From a virus, in the IMG/VR virus record IMGVR_UViG_3300048516_000001, positions 1-64,000 of that record: a stretch of 64,000 nt of DNA, one strand, 5' to 3'. Every line of letters begins with the position of its first letter. Position 1 is the first letter of the stretch. The notes beneath the pieces were generated by a model, which was not told the DNA's origin, did no database searches, and saw only the letters and a list, made by a program, of their open reading frames with translations. A program made the position numbers and the translations under genes. Shown here one piece after another: positions 26,000 to 34,958 of the stretch.

Positions 26000-26749
26000 A
26001 TGCAAGCCACGAAAACCACAACAAAGACCGAGCAATTCACAGGTACGGTTACAGAAGCTAAGTTAGTAGAAGCGACCGTTTACGGTATTGACTACAGCGC
26101 CAATGAAAAATATGCCAAAGCACTCAAAGTTACGTTGCAAGCCAATGACGGTCGGATGGTGCAGTTTTACTCCTCTAGCGTTAAAGTTACGATTAGTTGC
26201 CCGGCTGGTTGCCCAATTGCGGTTGTAACCTGTGAAGAAAATGATTGGATTGAAAAAGTGCAGAGACAGGGTGAACATAAGATTGTCGGCGACACCCTTC
26301 AATCTCGGTTGAAGCTAGGCGACTTAGTGACAGTTACAGGCCGGGTAAAAGCGGCTTATAACAATAGTAAATCAGTCACAATTAACTACATTAAGCTTGT
26401 CGAACTGGTATCGCTTGGTGGGCGACTACCCCAAAAAGAGTATACTTACAGTCCGGGTGACTTCCTTGTAACTTACAACGCAAAAGGTGAGCGCGTCCGA
26501 GATGAGCATAAAACCAACAATGGCGAGATTTGGAGTTACAAGCGCGTAATAAATGAAGTGCTAGAGAACGGCCACTCTTTTTCTGTCCCCTTAGCGACAA
26601 TAGACTCCCTCAAGGGTAACGCCGCCGACCTAGACGGTTATTGGCTCAATCAGTTGTTAGCCAGCCAAGAGACATATTGCCTAGCCTGTTGGCTTGACAG
26701 TCGGAGGGAGAAGCTATTCATCAAGAATCAAGCAACTGACATTTATTAA
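26000..26749 (+). CDS. Hypothetical protein
   Basis: 249-aa ORF. No motif recognised. Confidence 0.6.
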   Translation: MQATKTTTKTEQFTGTVTEAKLVEATVYGIDYSANEKYAKALKVTLQANDGRMVQFYSSSVKVTISCPAGCPIAVVTCEENDWIEKVQRQGEHKIVGDTLQSRLKLGDLVTVTGRVKAAYNNSKSVTINYIKLVELVSLGGRLPQKEYTYSPGDFLVTYNAKGERVRDEHKTNNGEIWSYKRVINEVLENGHSFSVPLATIDSLKGNAADLDGYWLNQLLASQETYCLACWLDSRREKLFIKNQATDIY

Positions 26750-26795
26750 TCCAATGGGGAGTAATCCCCTTTGTTCACCTACTTAACACCGCAAG

Positions 26796-27053
26796 ATGAC
26801 ACCATTAACACCCGAATTCATCCAAGCTAAGAGCATTCTCAAATCTCATCCCGTCCCTGGCGGCGGCGGACAAGCGTCCGGTTATGTGACACTCAGAACA
26901 TGGGGCGAACAGTGGGTAACTCATTTTTACGATATCCAGACTGGTGGCTTCAACTCAGGCCGCTATTGGGATACCCTAAGTGACGCTGAGAATAGCTTCA
27001 GTGTGCGGGTCAAGGGCTTTGAGCAGCATCTACCTACATTTGCTCACTATTAA
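26796..27053 (+). CDS. Hypothetical protein
   Basis: 85-aa ORF followed by a terminator. Confidence 0.5.
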   Translation: MTPLTPEFIQAKSILKSHPVPGGGGQASGYVTLRTWGEQWVTHFYDIQTGGFNSGRYWDTLSDAENSFSVRVKGFEQHLPTFAHY

Positions 27054-27098
27054 CGCCTAGCACCTTGTACTGCTCAACACCTTGAGAAATAAAGAAGC

Positions 27099-27129
27099 CC
27101 CGCAACTAGCTAGTCAGTTGCGGGTTTTT
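27099..27129 (+). terminator. Rho-independent terminator at a convergent junction
   Basis: CCCGCAACT, 8-nt loop, AGTTGCGGG, then TTTTT. Confidence 0.7.
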
Positions 27130-27139
27130 GCGTACAGAT

Positions 27140-27736
27140 TCACAGTCCTGTAGGTTTGCCGTTAACGCGAGTAAACATCCGTCCCCAGCCATCGCTCGGA
27201 TTAGCCCAAAGTTGACGCATCAAGTCAAAGCTGTAGCGGTCATTCTTGCCAGTATAGCCCCCTATTTTCCGATAGAAGTTCTGAGCACCTTCGCGGACAC
27301 CGTATGGGTCATTTACAATGATTTGCTTGGTGTTTCTATCGTATCCAACTATGCAAACAATATGTCCGTCTTTCTTGTAAATAAGTCCCGCTGGCATAGG
27401 CATATCTGCGTCAATGGAGGCGATTACATGGTCAATATTTAGCGACGTGCTGAAGTATGATTCCAGCCCTAGTTCTGCAAGTGCTTTTGTATTCGCTGTA
27501 TGGTCGGTAGTGTCGCCAAAAGTGTTTAAAATCCTCCCATAATAGGACTCTCCCTCGCTGTAGCCTAAACGTTTTGCAGCCTCAGTCAATGACTCTAATC
27601 CGTGACGCTTCAAAATGTAATTTGCAGCCCCCGCATTCGCTGTCATGCAGCACTGTCTCGAACCCGGCCCAAACAAGTTAGAATCGTTATCATTTTGGTC
27701 AAAGTGGTCAACATTTAACAGCTTGTTAGTAGTCAT
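27140..27736 (-). CDS. Papain-like (C39-like) cysteine peptidase, putative endolysin
   Basis: Candidate catalytic Cys in SRQCCMTANAGA and His in DGHIVCIVGYD. Sits next to small membrane-protein genes. Confidence 0.55.
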   Translation of the reverse strand: MTTNKLLNVDHFDQNDNDSNLFGPGSRQCCMTANAGAANYILKRHGLESLTEAAKRLGYSEGESYYGRILNTFGDTTDHTANTKALAELGLESYFSTSLNIDHVIASIDADMPMPAGLIYKKDGHIVCIVGYDRNTKQIIVNDPYGVREGAQNFYRKIGGYTGKNDRYSFDLMRQLWANPSDGWGRMFTRVNGKPTGL

Positions 27737-27966
27737 AAATTCTCACGGTAATTGAACTTTTTAACTTTTTTATGAATTCGTAGTTTAATTATTTTAATGA
27801 TACAGAGAGTTCTTACTAGGTCAGCTTCAGCATTTTCCCTTAATCCATGTGCCGCCATTCCCGATATGTACCCATATTGAATCGACATATCTTCTAAAGC
27901 ATACAGCAATTCTTGTAAGGTGACCTCTGGATTTTCCAATACTTGAGAAACTTGATATTCTGGCAC
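27733..27966 (-). CDS. Hypothetical protein
   Basis: 77-aa ORF. 4-nt overlap with the peptidase gene. Confidence 0.45.
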   Translation of the reverse strand: MPEYQVSQVLENPEVTLQELLYALEDMSIQYGYISGMAAHGLRENAEADLVRTLCIIKIIKLRIHKKVKKFNYRENL

Positions 27967-28002
27967 TGTTCTTCAGAATTAAATCTGTAAAATTTTACGA
28001 TT

Positions 28003-28422
28003 TTAATTATTGTTGTCAATGTCTTCTATTGAGTCATCTTTTACGGTGTTAGAATTTCTGAAAGTTGTTCCAGATACTACTATTGTCACCATAGTATTGA
28101 TTGCAACTATCATCTGAGAGGGGATTTCGCGACCTGTCCATATTAGCAAGTTGTAGTTGATAACCGCAGTTACCATAGCAATGGCTAAGCCTACCAGCGC
28201 ATAATCAACGGTTGATAGTTTTACTTTTGATTCTTGTTTAAGACCTGTCACCTTGAATACACTAGACATAACGCTTCCTCCACCAAAACTACCAAGCAAT
28301 GCGATTAAGTCTGTTGGGATTGTTTTATTTGTCCAGGTCAAAAGCATATAACTAATTATTATCAATATAGCGCTTGTCGCCATAGTGACAATTACATAAT
28401 CCGCTAAAAATAACTGCTTCAT
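28003..28422 (-). CDS. Multi-pass membrane protein (holin-like)
   Basis: 139 aa with about 4 hydrophobic helices, in the lysis-gene neighbourhood. Confidence 0.5.
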   Translation of the reverse strand: MKQLFLADYVIVTMATSAILIIISYMLLTWTNKTIPTDLIALLGSFGGGSVMSSVFKVTGLKQESKVKLSTVDYALVGLAIAMVTAVINYNLLIWTGREIPSQMIVAINTMVTIVVSGTTFRNSNTVKDDSIEDIDNNN

Positions 28423-28427
28423 TTATC

Positions 28428-28877
28428 TCAACCCTCATAAAAATCGGACTCGTTAACTTGATTTAGTCGTCGTCTTTCTCTCTCCCATTTAAGCTTTTCT
28501 CTTAGCCCTTCTACTCGGTCTGCGGGTGAATTATATCCACCCGCGATGAAGTCACTAGCACCCATGACCGTTCCTAATAGTTCATGGACTAAAGCCATTT
28601 GCTGTTGAAGCATTTCAATACTGTTGGCATTTGGTCCGACTTTGCGAAGAAGTTTGTTTACATTGTTCTGGTTTTCTTGAGTCTTCGTTTTCGCCGCATC
28701 AACCAATTTGACAAGTATTGCATAAGCACCTTCAAGTTTTCTAACTTTTTTCAACAGGAAAAGAAAAGCAACAATATTGATTGTACTTAATATGATAGAC
28801 ACATATAGCAATAGCTGTAAACAATTGCTAAATAAATCAAGGTCAACGTTAGTCGCGTTCCAGCCAATGATTTCCAC
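28428..28877 (-). CDS. N-terminally anchored membrane protein with coiled-coil
   Basis: 149 aa, GTG start, helix LLLYVSIILSTINIVAFLFLL. Confidence 0.5.
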   Translation of the reverse strand: MEIIGWNATNVDLDLFSNCLQLLLYVSIILSTINIVAFLFLLKKVRKLEGAYAILVKLVDAAKTKTQENQNNVNKLLRKVGPNANSIEMLQQQMALVHELLGTVMGASDFIAGGYNSPADRVEGLREKLKWERERRRLNQVNESDFYEG

Positions 28878-28939
28878 TGTAGTAATAGAGGTTTCAATGT
28901 AGTGAATCTAGATCAATTGTTTATGTGTTTCGCGAACCT

Positions 28940-29281
28940 TTATGACAACCTCCGTAGGTTTTCTGCAAACTTCCTTTCCCAATCAAACCGTCTCAACGCT
29001 TCCCAAGCCCAAGGTCTGCCCGGTCTACTGCTTCCATTTCGGTAAGTTACTCCTTCGTGGAGGTAGATTGCATAGTTAACACCCCATATATAATCAGCGA
29101 GAAACCTAGTAGGGAAAAGTGTTAGTTGACTAGCTCTGAATGCTCCTGTGTCCACGATATCGCCACTGTAATCTGGAAAAGCGCCAGGTTCAGAAATAAC
29201 TTGCGTCATCTCCGCCCCAAACTGAAAAGAGGTTTGTTTAAAAGCTTGCTCGATTTTGTTTTCCAATTCTTGCAGTGACAT
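28940..29281 (-). CDS. Head-tail connector/completion protein (HK97 gp10-like?)
   Basis: GDIVDTGAFRAS...YAIYLHEGV...GRPW resembles the gp10-family pattern. Lies in the structural block. Confidence 0.45.
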   Translation of the reverse strand: MSLQELENKIEQAFKQTSFQFGAEMTQVISEPGAFPDYSGDIVDTGAFRASQLTLFPTRFLADYIWGVNYAIYLHEGVTYRNGSSRPGRPWAWEALRRFDWERKFAENLRRLS

Positions 29282-29619
29282 TAATCAATCTCCAAATAGT
29301 TGGTTGCCCAGCTTGGGACTTTTCCTTCTTTCGATAACTGAGAGAATGTTTCAGATACATAGCCTGGAATTCCGGCATCCATTTCATCAAAACTTTCAAG
29401 CATTTTAGCGTAAGGGTTAAACCATTCAATCTTTGGGTTTTTAACTCCCTGAGAGGACAAGGTTGCGACTCCTAGACCTGCGATTGGGATAGCACTTTGA
29501 TTGGCATTCTCTAGTAAATGTTTATCAATCGCCCTCAAGGCTTGAAACACGAAAGTCAATGGTTGATATGCAAAATTATCAGCATTAAATCGAGCATCAT
29601 TGGGGAAATAGAATTGCAA
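29281..29619 (-). CDS. Structural-module hypothetical protein
   Basis: 112-aa ORF. 1-nt overlap with the downstream gene. Confidence 0.5.
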   Translation of the reverse strand: MQFYFPNDARFNADNFAYQPLTFVFQALRAIDKHLLENANQSAIPIAGLGVATLSSQGVKNPKIEWFNPYAKMLESFDEMDAGIPGYVSETFSQLSKEGKVPSWATNYLEID

Positions 29620-29642
29620 CTTCCACCAATACCCAGCCCAAT

Positions 29643-30101
29643 CTATTTTTTTTCAGGCTTGGCTACAGCATCTATTTCAGCTTGCTGCTCTGGCGATGGA
29701 GGAACTTCTAGCTTGCGTTCTTTCCATCCACTTTTTTCATCAATCGTGAAATATTCATAGATGGCATGAACTAACAACGATGACATCGGACGCTTAGCTT
29801 TACCACTTTTGGATGGCATAACCAAAACTTCTTCTTTCGACAAAAACTCGTTTGGCTTCTTGCCAGCCCGAAACTGCAAAAGTTGAGAAACAATTTCTGA
29901 TTCAGCCGCGCTCATAGGTAGCTTTTGACCGTCCTTATCTTTTTCTGCGTTGAGGATGTACGTGTTAAGTAAGTCTTCCTCAATCCAGGTTAAACTACCG
30001 TATTTTGGTAATATAATTTCATTGCCAATACCATCGGATACCGCGTGAGTGCCGGGGTCTTCTTGATAAGATTTGAACGGGAATAAGTTATCTTCTGGCA
30101 T
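29643..30101 (-). CDS. Structural-module hypothetical protein
   Basis: 152-aa ORF. Confidence 0.5.
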   Translation of the reverse strand: MPEDNLFPFKSYQEDPGTHAVSDGIGNEIILPKYGSLTWIEEDLLNTYILNAEKDKDGQKLPMSAAESEIVSQLLQFRAGKKPNEFLSKEEVLVMPSKSGKAKRPMSSLLVHAIYEYFTIDEKSGWKERKLEVPPSPEQQAEIDAVAKPEKK

Positions 30102-30104
30102 AAT

Positions 30105-30341
30105 TTAGTGATTGATTGGTAGCTCAATATTCAGATTCACAAGATTTAAACTGTCAGGTAATCGAACCGTCATTTGTTTGACAGAATCACCATCTTTTAA
30201 AATGCAAACGGTTCCTTGGATTTTGGTTTTTCTTACTAACAGAATTCCGACCTGTACATTGCCCTCGGTAGCCCAACAATGACAAGCAAATACATCCAAG
30301 GAACGCAAGCACCTAAAAAATTGCCGCATAAGCTTAAACAA
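30105..30341 (-). CDS. Hypothetical small protein
   Basis: 78-aa ORF overlapping the upstream gene by 8 nt. Confidence 0.35.
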   Translation of the reverse strand: MFKLMRQFFRCLRSLDVFACHCWATEGNVQVGILLVRKTKIQGTVCILKDGDSVKQMTVRLPDSLNLVNLNIELPINH

Positions 30342-31032
30342 CTACGGGAACTGGGTCTGTTTCAACTATCTTCCCAAGTAGGGTTATATCCATATCTGCG
30401 TTGACGAACCCATCGTCCGGCGCGCCTTCCTTGATACCAGTACAAACGGCAGGGCCTTCAATACGGTCGCCTGCCGTATAGCCATCAGTAGGCGCGGGCA
30501 TTTCGCGAATCATCCAAAATTCGCGGTCATTCTCAGCACACCATTTGATTGTTTTATAACCTGCGTTCTTAAAATAGTACAGGCCAGGTAACGAGATTTT
30601 TTTCTCAACGCCTGTGATGATACCGTCTTGAGAGCCACCAGTATTAAACGTGGTCACGCCAGAGAAATTGTAACTCCGGTCAAGGTCGGCACTTTTTCTA
30701 TCCCAAATATAGGTAGGGAATTCGGCAATTGCGCCAGTAGGAATTGCTTCAGGTAAAACTACAACAGTTAGGGAGGTTGCATTGGCCTCAGTAGTTGTAT
30801 TAACTTGACAGAGAAATTCTTCGCCATCAGTTCCCACAAACATTAAGTATTGGCCTTTCTGGATAATCCCAATCAATCCGGCGACTGTGATTGAAGTTGC
30901 ACCCTTCGCGGCTGCCGTTGCAGTTAACGTAGACTTTATGGGTTTTGTTCGTTTACCTTTGGGAAGGACGGCAACATATATCTCGGTTGCCTTTCCTTCT
31001 ACCGGAGCGTGAGAAGCCAGTTTTACAGCCAT
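30334..31032 (-). CDS. Virion structural protein (possible tube/major tail-like)
   Basis: 232-aa beta-rich ORF in the structural block. The assignment rests on position only. Confidence 0.4.
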   Translation of the reverse strand: MAVKLASHAPVEGKATEIYVAVLPKGKRTKPIKSTLTATAAAKGATSITVAGLIGIIQKGQYLMFVGTDGEEFLCQVNTTTEANATSLTVVVLPEAIPTGAIAEFPTYIWDRKSADLDRSYNFSGVTTFNTGGSQDGIITGVEKKISLPGLYYFKNAGYKTIKWCAENDREFWMIREMPAPTDGYTAGDRIEGPAVCTGIKEGAPDDGFVNADMDITLLGKIVETDPVPVVV

Positions 31033-31076
31033 TTAATTTAAGAATATCAACCGTACTATTATTAGTATCAACACAA

Positions 31077-31487
31077 TTACCTCTGCCAATTGATGACAGC
31101 AGATTCTTTCAAGTAAAACGATTGGCTCTCAACTGTTTGCATAGACCCGTCAGCCAAGATTCGAGGCCCTATTCTTTGTACTAAGTCCCAAAGATTCGCA
31201 ACTAATAAATCGTGAGCAAAGGTTGTATCTTTTGTCAAATTCCACTGATTCACAACCAACCTACTTTCATGCTCAAGCAATGTTCCGCCCAACAAAAATC
31301 TAATCTTGGTTGAAATGCGAGGGTAAATAACCACTTCCAATCCCGTGATATTTGTTCCGGGCTGTGGATAAGGCCTGTTTGAAGCGATAGCAATCGCGGG
31401 AACAGAGGTATTGTTAGCAAAAGTATAGACCCCTAATTCGCTTGCCAACACTTTGATAATTCGTTCTCGCAATTTGCTATAATCCAT
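31077..31487 (-). CDS. Structural-module hypothetical protein
   Basis: 136-aa ORF. Confidence 0.5.
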   Translation of the reverse strand: MDYSKLRERIIKVLASELGVYTFANNTSVPAIAIASNRPYPQPGTNITGLEVVIYPRISTKIRFLLGGTLLEHESRLVVNQWNLTKDTTFAHDLLVANLWDLVQRIGPRILADGSMQTVESQSFYLKESAVINWQR

Positions 31488-31858
31488 TATTCAATGACCG
31501 AGGCTTCTATTTTAAGTTTACCTTCTTCTACTACAACGTCTTGAGTTCCAATTGAGCGCTGAATTCCGTAAATTAAGCTTAAGCCGCTTTCAAGGCTTTC
31601 GGTATCAGAACCTGCTATAACAAAGGTTGCACTTAAAGAATTTGTTCCGATTGTAGTTGTCATTGCAGCACCCGCAACCGTAAGAACTGCCGCAGAGTCA
31701 GGGTCTGTTATCAATTGTTTGGCCAAGAATTTTAACGTTGCGCCTGTTTGGTTTGCGCCTTGGATGACAATTTGACAAAAATAATCTTTCCCCATTTTTA
31801 GCGATTGACCGTCAGCGTCTTCATCGTCAATTGTGAATCGAGAATAATTTTTAATCAT
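31487..31858 (-). CDS. Structural-module hypothetical protein
   Basis: 123-aa ORF. 1-nt overlap. Confidence 0.5.
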   Translation of the reverse strand: MIKNYSRFTIDDEDADGQSLKMGKDYFCQIVIQGANQTGATLKFLAKQLITDPDSAAVLTVAGAAMTTTIGTNSLSATFVIAGSDTESLESGLSLIYGIQRSIGTQDVVVEEGKLKIEASVIE

Positions 31859-31860
31859 CG

Positions 31861-32550
31861 TTAATCCTTGGCTAAAATAAGGGTTCCACTTGCAACATTG
31901 GCCCTTTGACTGATTGTGCTATTTTCAACTATTACCACAAAATCAAACTCTGACTCTGTACCAGAAAAAATAACTTGATTAGGGCGCAACTGCAAGGCTG
32001 CCAAAAGTAATATTTTCCCATCTCCCAAGTCTTGAACAAAGTCAGTTATTATTCCACCTGGCGCTCCGAACCTGGTTTTGGTTAAAATAACGACATCTGT
32101 TCCAGGTTGGTTGATTTTAAAAATTACTTGCAGTAATTCAACGGCCAAAACGGTTGTTTCTGTAAAGTTAATTGCTAAGCTGATTTGATGGGAATTACCC
32201 TGTCTTAGACTCTGTCGGTGCAAGTTTTTCCCAACACAGGAAATTGCCGCTGTAGGTGCTGGCGATTCAGGCCAAATAGCTAGACTACTGCAAGCGGTTT
32301 CAGTTTCAGTATTAACTAAGCTTGCCGGAAAGTGTTTGATAAGCGCGGTAGCTTTACCATTTGACTCCGTTTCTACCTCTCTCAACCATTGACTTGATAG
32401 AAACCATTTAAGGGCTAGCTCGGTCGCCATAGATTCGGTTTCTGAAACTGTTGCAGCGTCAGGATAAATACGTTTCCTTAGTCCCGATGCTAATATTTCA
32501 ACAGTTTCAGTTTCGGTTAGCGCTGATGCAGCGGGGAAAAACTGGGGCAT
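31861..32550 (-). CDS. Structural-module hypothetical protein
   Basis: 229-aa ORF. Confidence 0.5.
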   Translation of the reverse strand: MPQFFPAASALTETETVEILASGLRKRIYPDAATVSETESMATELALKWFLSSQWLREVETESNGKATALIKHFPASLVNTETETACSSLAIWPESPAPTAAISCVGKNLHRQSLRQGNSHQISLAINFTETTVLAVELLQVIFKINQPGTDVVILTKTRFGAPGGIITDFVQDLGDGKILLLAALQLRPNQVIFSGTESEFDFVVIVENSTISQRANVASGTLILAKD

Positions 32551-32569
32551 GATAATAAACCAAGAATTT

Positions 32570-32596
32570 AAAAGGGCATTTCAACAGTACCCTTTT
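32570..32596 (-). terminator. Hairpin AAAAGGG-N13-CCCTTTT between structural genes
   Basis: Symmetric A/T-flanked hairpin that could act on either strand. Confidence 0.35.
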
Positions 32597-32659
32597 AATT
32601 TTATTAGGAAATCTTTGAAGTAATTCTTAGAAGCTCCGTACCTTCAGGTCAGAGTCATG

Positions 32660-33460
32660 TCACTTAAGTTGGAAAGTGAACGACCCCGCCTGTAGAATCA
32701 TTTGCGCGTTAGTAGCCATGTTTACATCTGGAACAAGAGGTGCGCTAGCAAGATATGGCCCACCATCCTCTGAACCAAATAAAGCGACATGAGAAATATT
32801 GCCTTGAGCGCTTGCACTTATTGGAAATTGTAAGTTTAGAGCGGTTCCCAAACTACCATTTACGGCTGAGGTAAATGAAGTCTTATTATTGTTAAGTGCT
32901 TGCCTAACGTATTCAGCAGCGGCGGGTTCGATTCCGCTGGCGGTCGCCGTTGGCGCTGAACTCGTGTATCCCGCCCACAGAATTGGCTCAAGCGGCAAAG
33001 GTGTACCCAAGTAAAGGCAGTTCATAATCGCAGTTCGCCAGTATTGGCTGTAGTGCGAAGTAGCTTTAAATCTATGGGTGACAACACCAGCAGGGATTAT
33101 TAAACTATTTCGATTCTGAATAGTCAAAGACCCGTTAATTGGGATGAAAAGCAATGGGTTTCCACCCACACTGGAATCGTAAATAGTCAAAGCGACTGGG
33201 GTTCCTTGCGCCCCGGACGCTCTTGGTAATTCCAGGTCTGCAATATTAGTGACCGTGCCATCTACAGCTACGCTCCAAACGGTTGGAATAGCGCTAATTC
33301 GAGCGTAGTTAGCGCCAACAGGTTCGGTTCCAAAACCGTTTAAAGCCGATGCTGTCATCGTGTACCCGATATGCTTGCTCGGTGGTGGGAAATTAATCCC
33401 ACCGAGCAATGCGTCTTGGATTTTGTTGGCAAGCCAGCCTGATATCGTTCCGTTAGCCAT
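32660..33460 (-). CDS. Virion protein with internal two-domain duplication (decoration/fibre-like?)
   Basis: 266 aa. The N- and C-terminal halves share the pattern ...ALLGG.. /..GTEP..A.Y.R... Confidence 0.45.
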   Translation of the reverse strand: MANGTISGWLANKIQDALLGGINFPPPSKHIGYTMTASALNGFGTEPVGANYARISAIPTVWSVAVDGTVTNIADLELPRASGAQGTPVALTIYDSSVGGNPLLFIPINGSLTIQNRNSLIIPAGVVTHRFKATSHYSQYWRTAIMNCLYLGTPLPLEPILWAGYTSSAPTATASGIEPAAAEYVRQALNNNKTSFTSAVNGSLGTALNLQFPISASAQGNISHVALFGSEDGGPYLASAPLVPDVNMATNAQMILQAGSFTFQLK

Positions 33461-33665
33461 TGCCTTCTACCTCTTTCGGCGGCTTGTTCTTTGCCTTGGA
33501 TTCAAACAAAACTTGTTGCTGAGGTTCTGTTGGCAGGTCGGGAGATATCGGGATTGTTGTTTCTTCGATTTTTGTGTGAAATTCTTTATTAAAGTCCGTG
33601 ACTTCAATCAACACAAATTCTAATTCGGGGCGGCGATTATCTTTGACTTTGATTAGTTCAACCAT
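33453..33665 (-). CDS. Hypothetical small protein
   Basis: 70-aa ORF between the capsid gene and the next structural gene. Confidence 0.4.
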   Translation of the reverse strand: MVELIKVKDNRRPELEFVLIEVTDFNKEFHTKIEETTIPISPDLPTEPQQQVLFESKAKNKPPKEVEGNG

Positions 33666-33669
33666 GATT

Positions 33670-34812
33670 TCACCCTAAGATTCTACAGGCACATTCGGGC
33701 CTGATAACAGCGCATCCGTAGAGAACGTCGAAACAGAATTTTGTCTGTTTGTATTCGCGAGAAATCTCCAACCGCATTGTCATTCCCGACAGGTCATCGG
33801 TAAAAGATTCAATTCGATTTCCGATTGGGTCAATGTCTAATAATGGGCGAACAGCAAGCGCAAAGGAGTCTCGGTGGAAAGCCATGTTGACGACGTGACT
33901 AGCTACAACCGTGATAGCTGTACTCGCAGCGGGAGCAGTTTTTAGTGCTGGAGAAATTGGCCAACTTGTTAAGGTGGCGTCCTTTCCTACAACGTAGCCG
34001 TTCGGGTCGCCTGCAATCTTGAACAAATCACCTTCGACAGGTGCGACTGTTGCACCAGAAACAGTTAAAGTTTTCACCCCAATCGTGTTGGCTGCGCCCG
34101 TCGTAACAATCGTACCCGCAGCTTGGGTTGCATGAGTAAGGGAGTTTTGGGTCATGTACCAGTCAAAGCCAAGTTTTCGACCAATCATCCCCTCTTGAAT
34201 TGTTGCAACAGAACCAGAGTCGGATGCAGAAATAAATTGAGGAAGTGAGGTTGCGTTTGCCTCAGCATCAACATCTAAGATAATTCGGCGGTCAGCCATT
34301 GGAGCAAGTTGTCGGTTCAGAACTTTTCTTGCTTCTTGTGCTGCACCCAACCCACGATGTGAGGCATAAGTTCCAGCTACTTCCGGTTGAAAAGGTGTTT
34401 GTCCAGCAGTTCCGGCTATACCTGAAATCTGTTTGTACAATCCCATAATTGACTTGTCAATCGAGTTCGCCAAACTACGAGCGGCTTCGAGAACTTGCAA
34501 ATTTTGAAATCCATCCATTACTTGAAGAAGGTCTTTGTCTGTCATCGCAAATTCGACCTTCTTCCACTGGTCAAGCTTTACTTGCACCATGCTCGGCGAA
34601 ATTGCTGGAGCGGGGTAGGGGATGTGATTGGGAATTACATCTACGGCATCGCCCATGCTGGAAGGAATTGGAACATCGACAGTTGAACCGCGTTGCCTTG
34701 CGTCGGTGTCAAAGTTTCGATTAACGAGCGCACCCATGACTGAGTTTTCGCGCAACGCCACAATACCTTGGGCGAGAATTTTAGGGATTACTGCTTCTAA
34801 ATTATTAGCCAC
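33670..34812 (-). CDS. Major capsid protein (HK97-fold, P22-coat-like family)
   Basis: 380 aa. The N-terminus LEAVIPKILAQGIVALRENSVMGALVNRNFDTDARQRGSTVDVPIP is typical of this coat family. Lies directly downstream of the scaffold gene. Confidence 0.75.
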   Translation of the reverse strand: MANNLEAVIPKILAQGIVALRENSVMGALVNRNFDTDARQRGSTVDVPIPSSMGDAVDVIPNHIPYPAPAISPSMVQVKLDQWKKVEFAMTDKDLLQVMDGFQNLQVLEAARSLANSIDKSIMGLYKQISGIAGTAGQTPFQPEVAGTYASHRGLGAAQEARKVLNRQLAPMADRRIILDVDAEANATSLPQFISASDSGSVATIQEGMIGRKLGFDWYMTQNSLTHATQAAGTIVTTGAANTIGVKTLTVSGATVAPVEGDLFKIAGDPNGYVVGKDATLTSWPISPALKTAPAASTAITVVASHVVNMAFHRDSFALAVRPLLDIDPIGNRIESFTDDLSGMTMRLEISREYKQTKFCFDVLYGCAVIRPECACRILG

Positions 34813-34905
34813 TTTTTTGTAAATGAAGAGGGGAGTATTCAGCCGCGCTCCGAATCACTCGTAGAAGAAAGGCATCACGCCAACCTTGGGCTAACTTTAT
34901 AGTCA

Positions 34906-34931
34906 ACAAAAAAGCCGGAGACCGTCCGGCT
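34906..34931 (-). terminator. GC-rich hairpin plus T-run between the scaffold and capsid genes
   Basis: Minus strand reads AGCCGGA-CGGTC-TCCGGCT followed by TTTTTGTT. Confidence 0.5.
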
Positions 34932-34958
34932 TGTAAGATATTCAGCAAAAAGTTTTGA

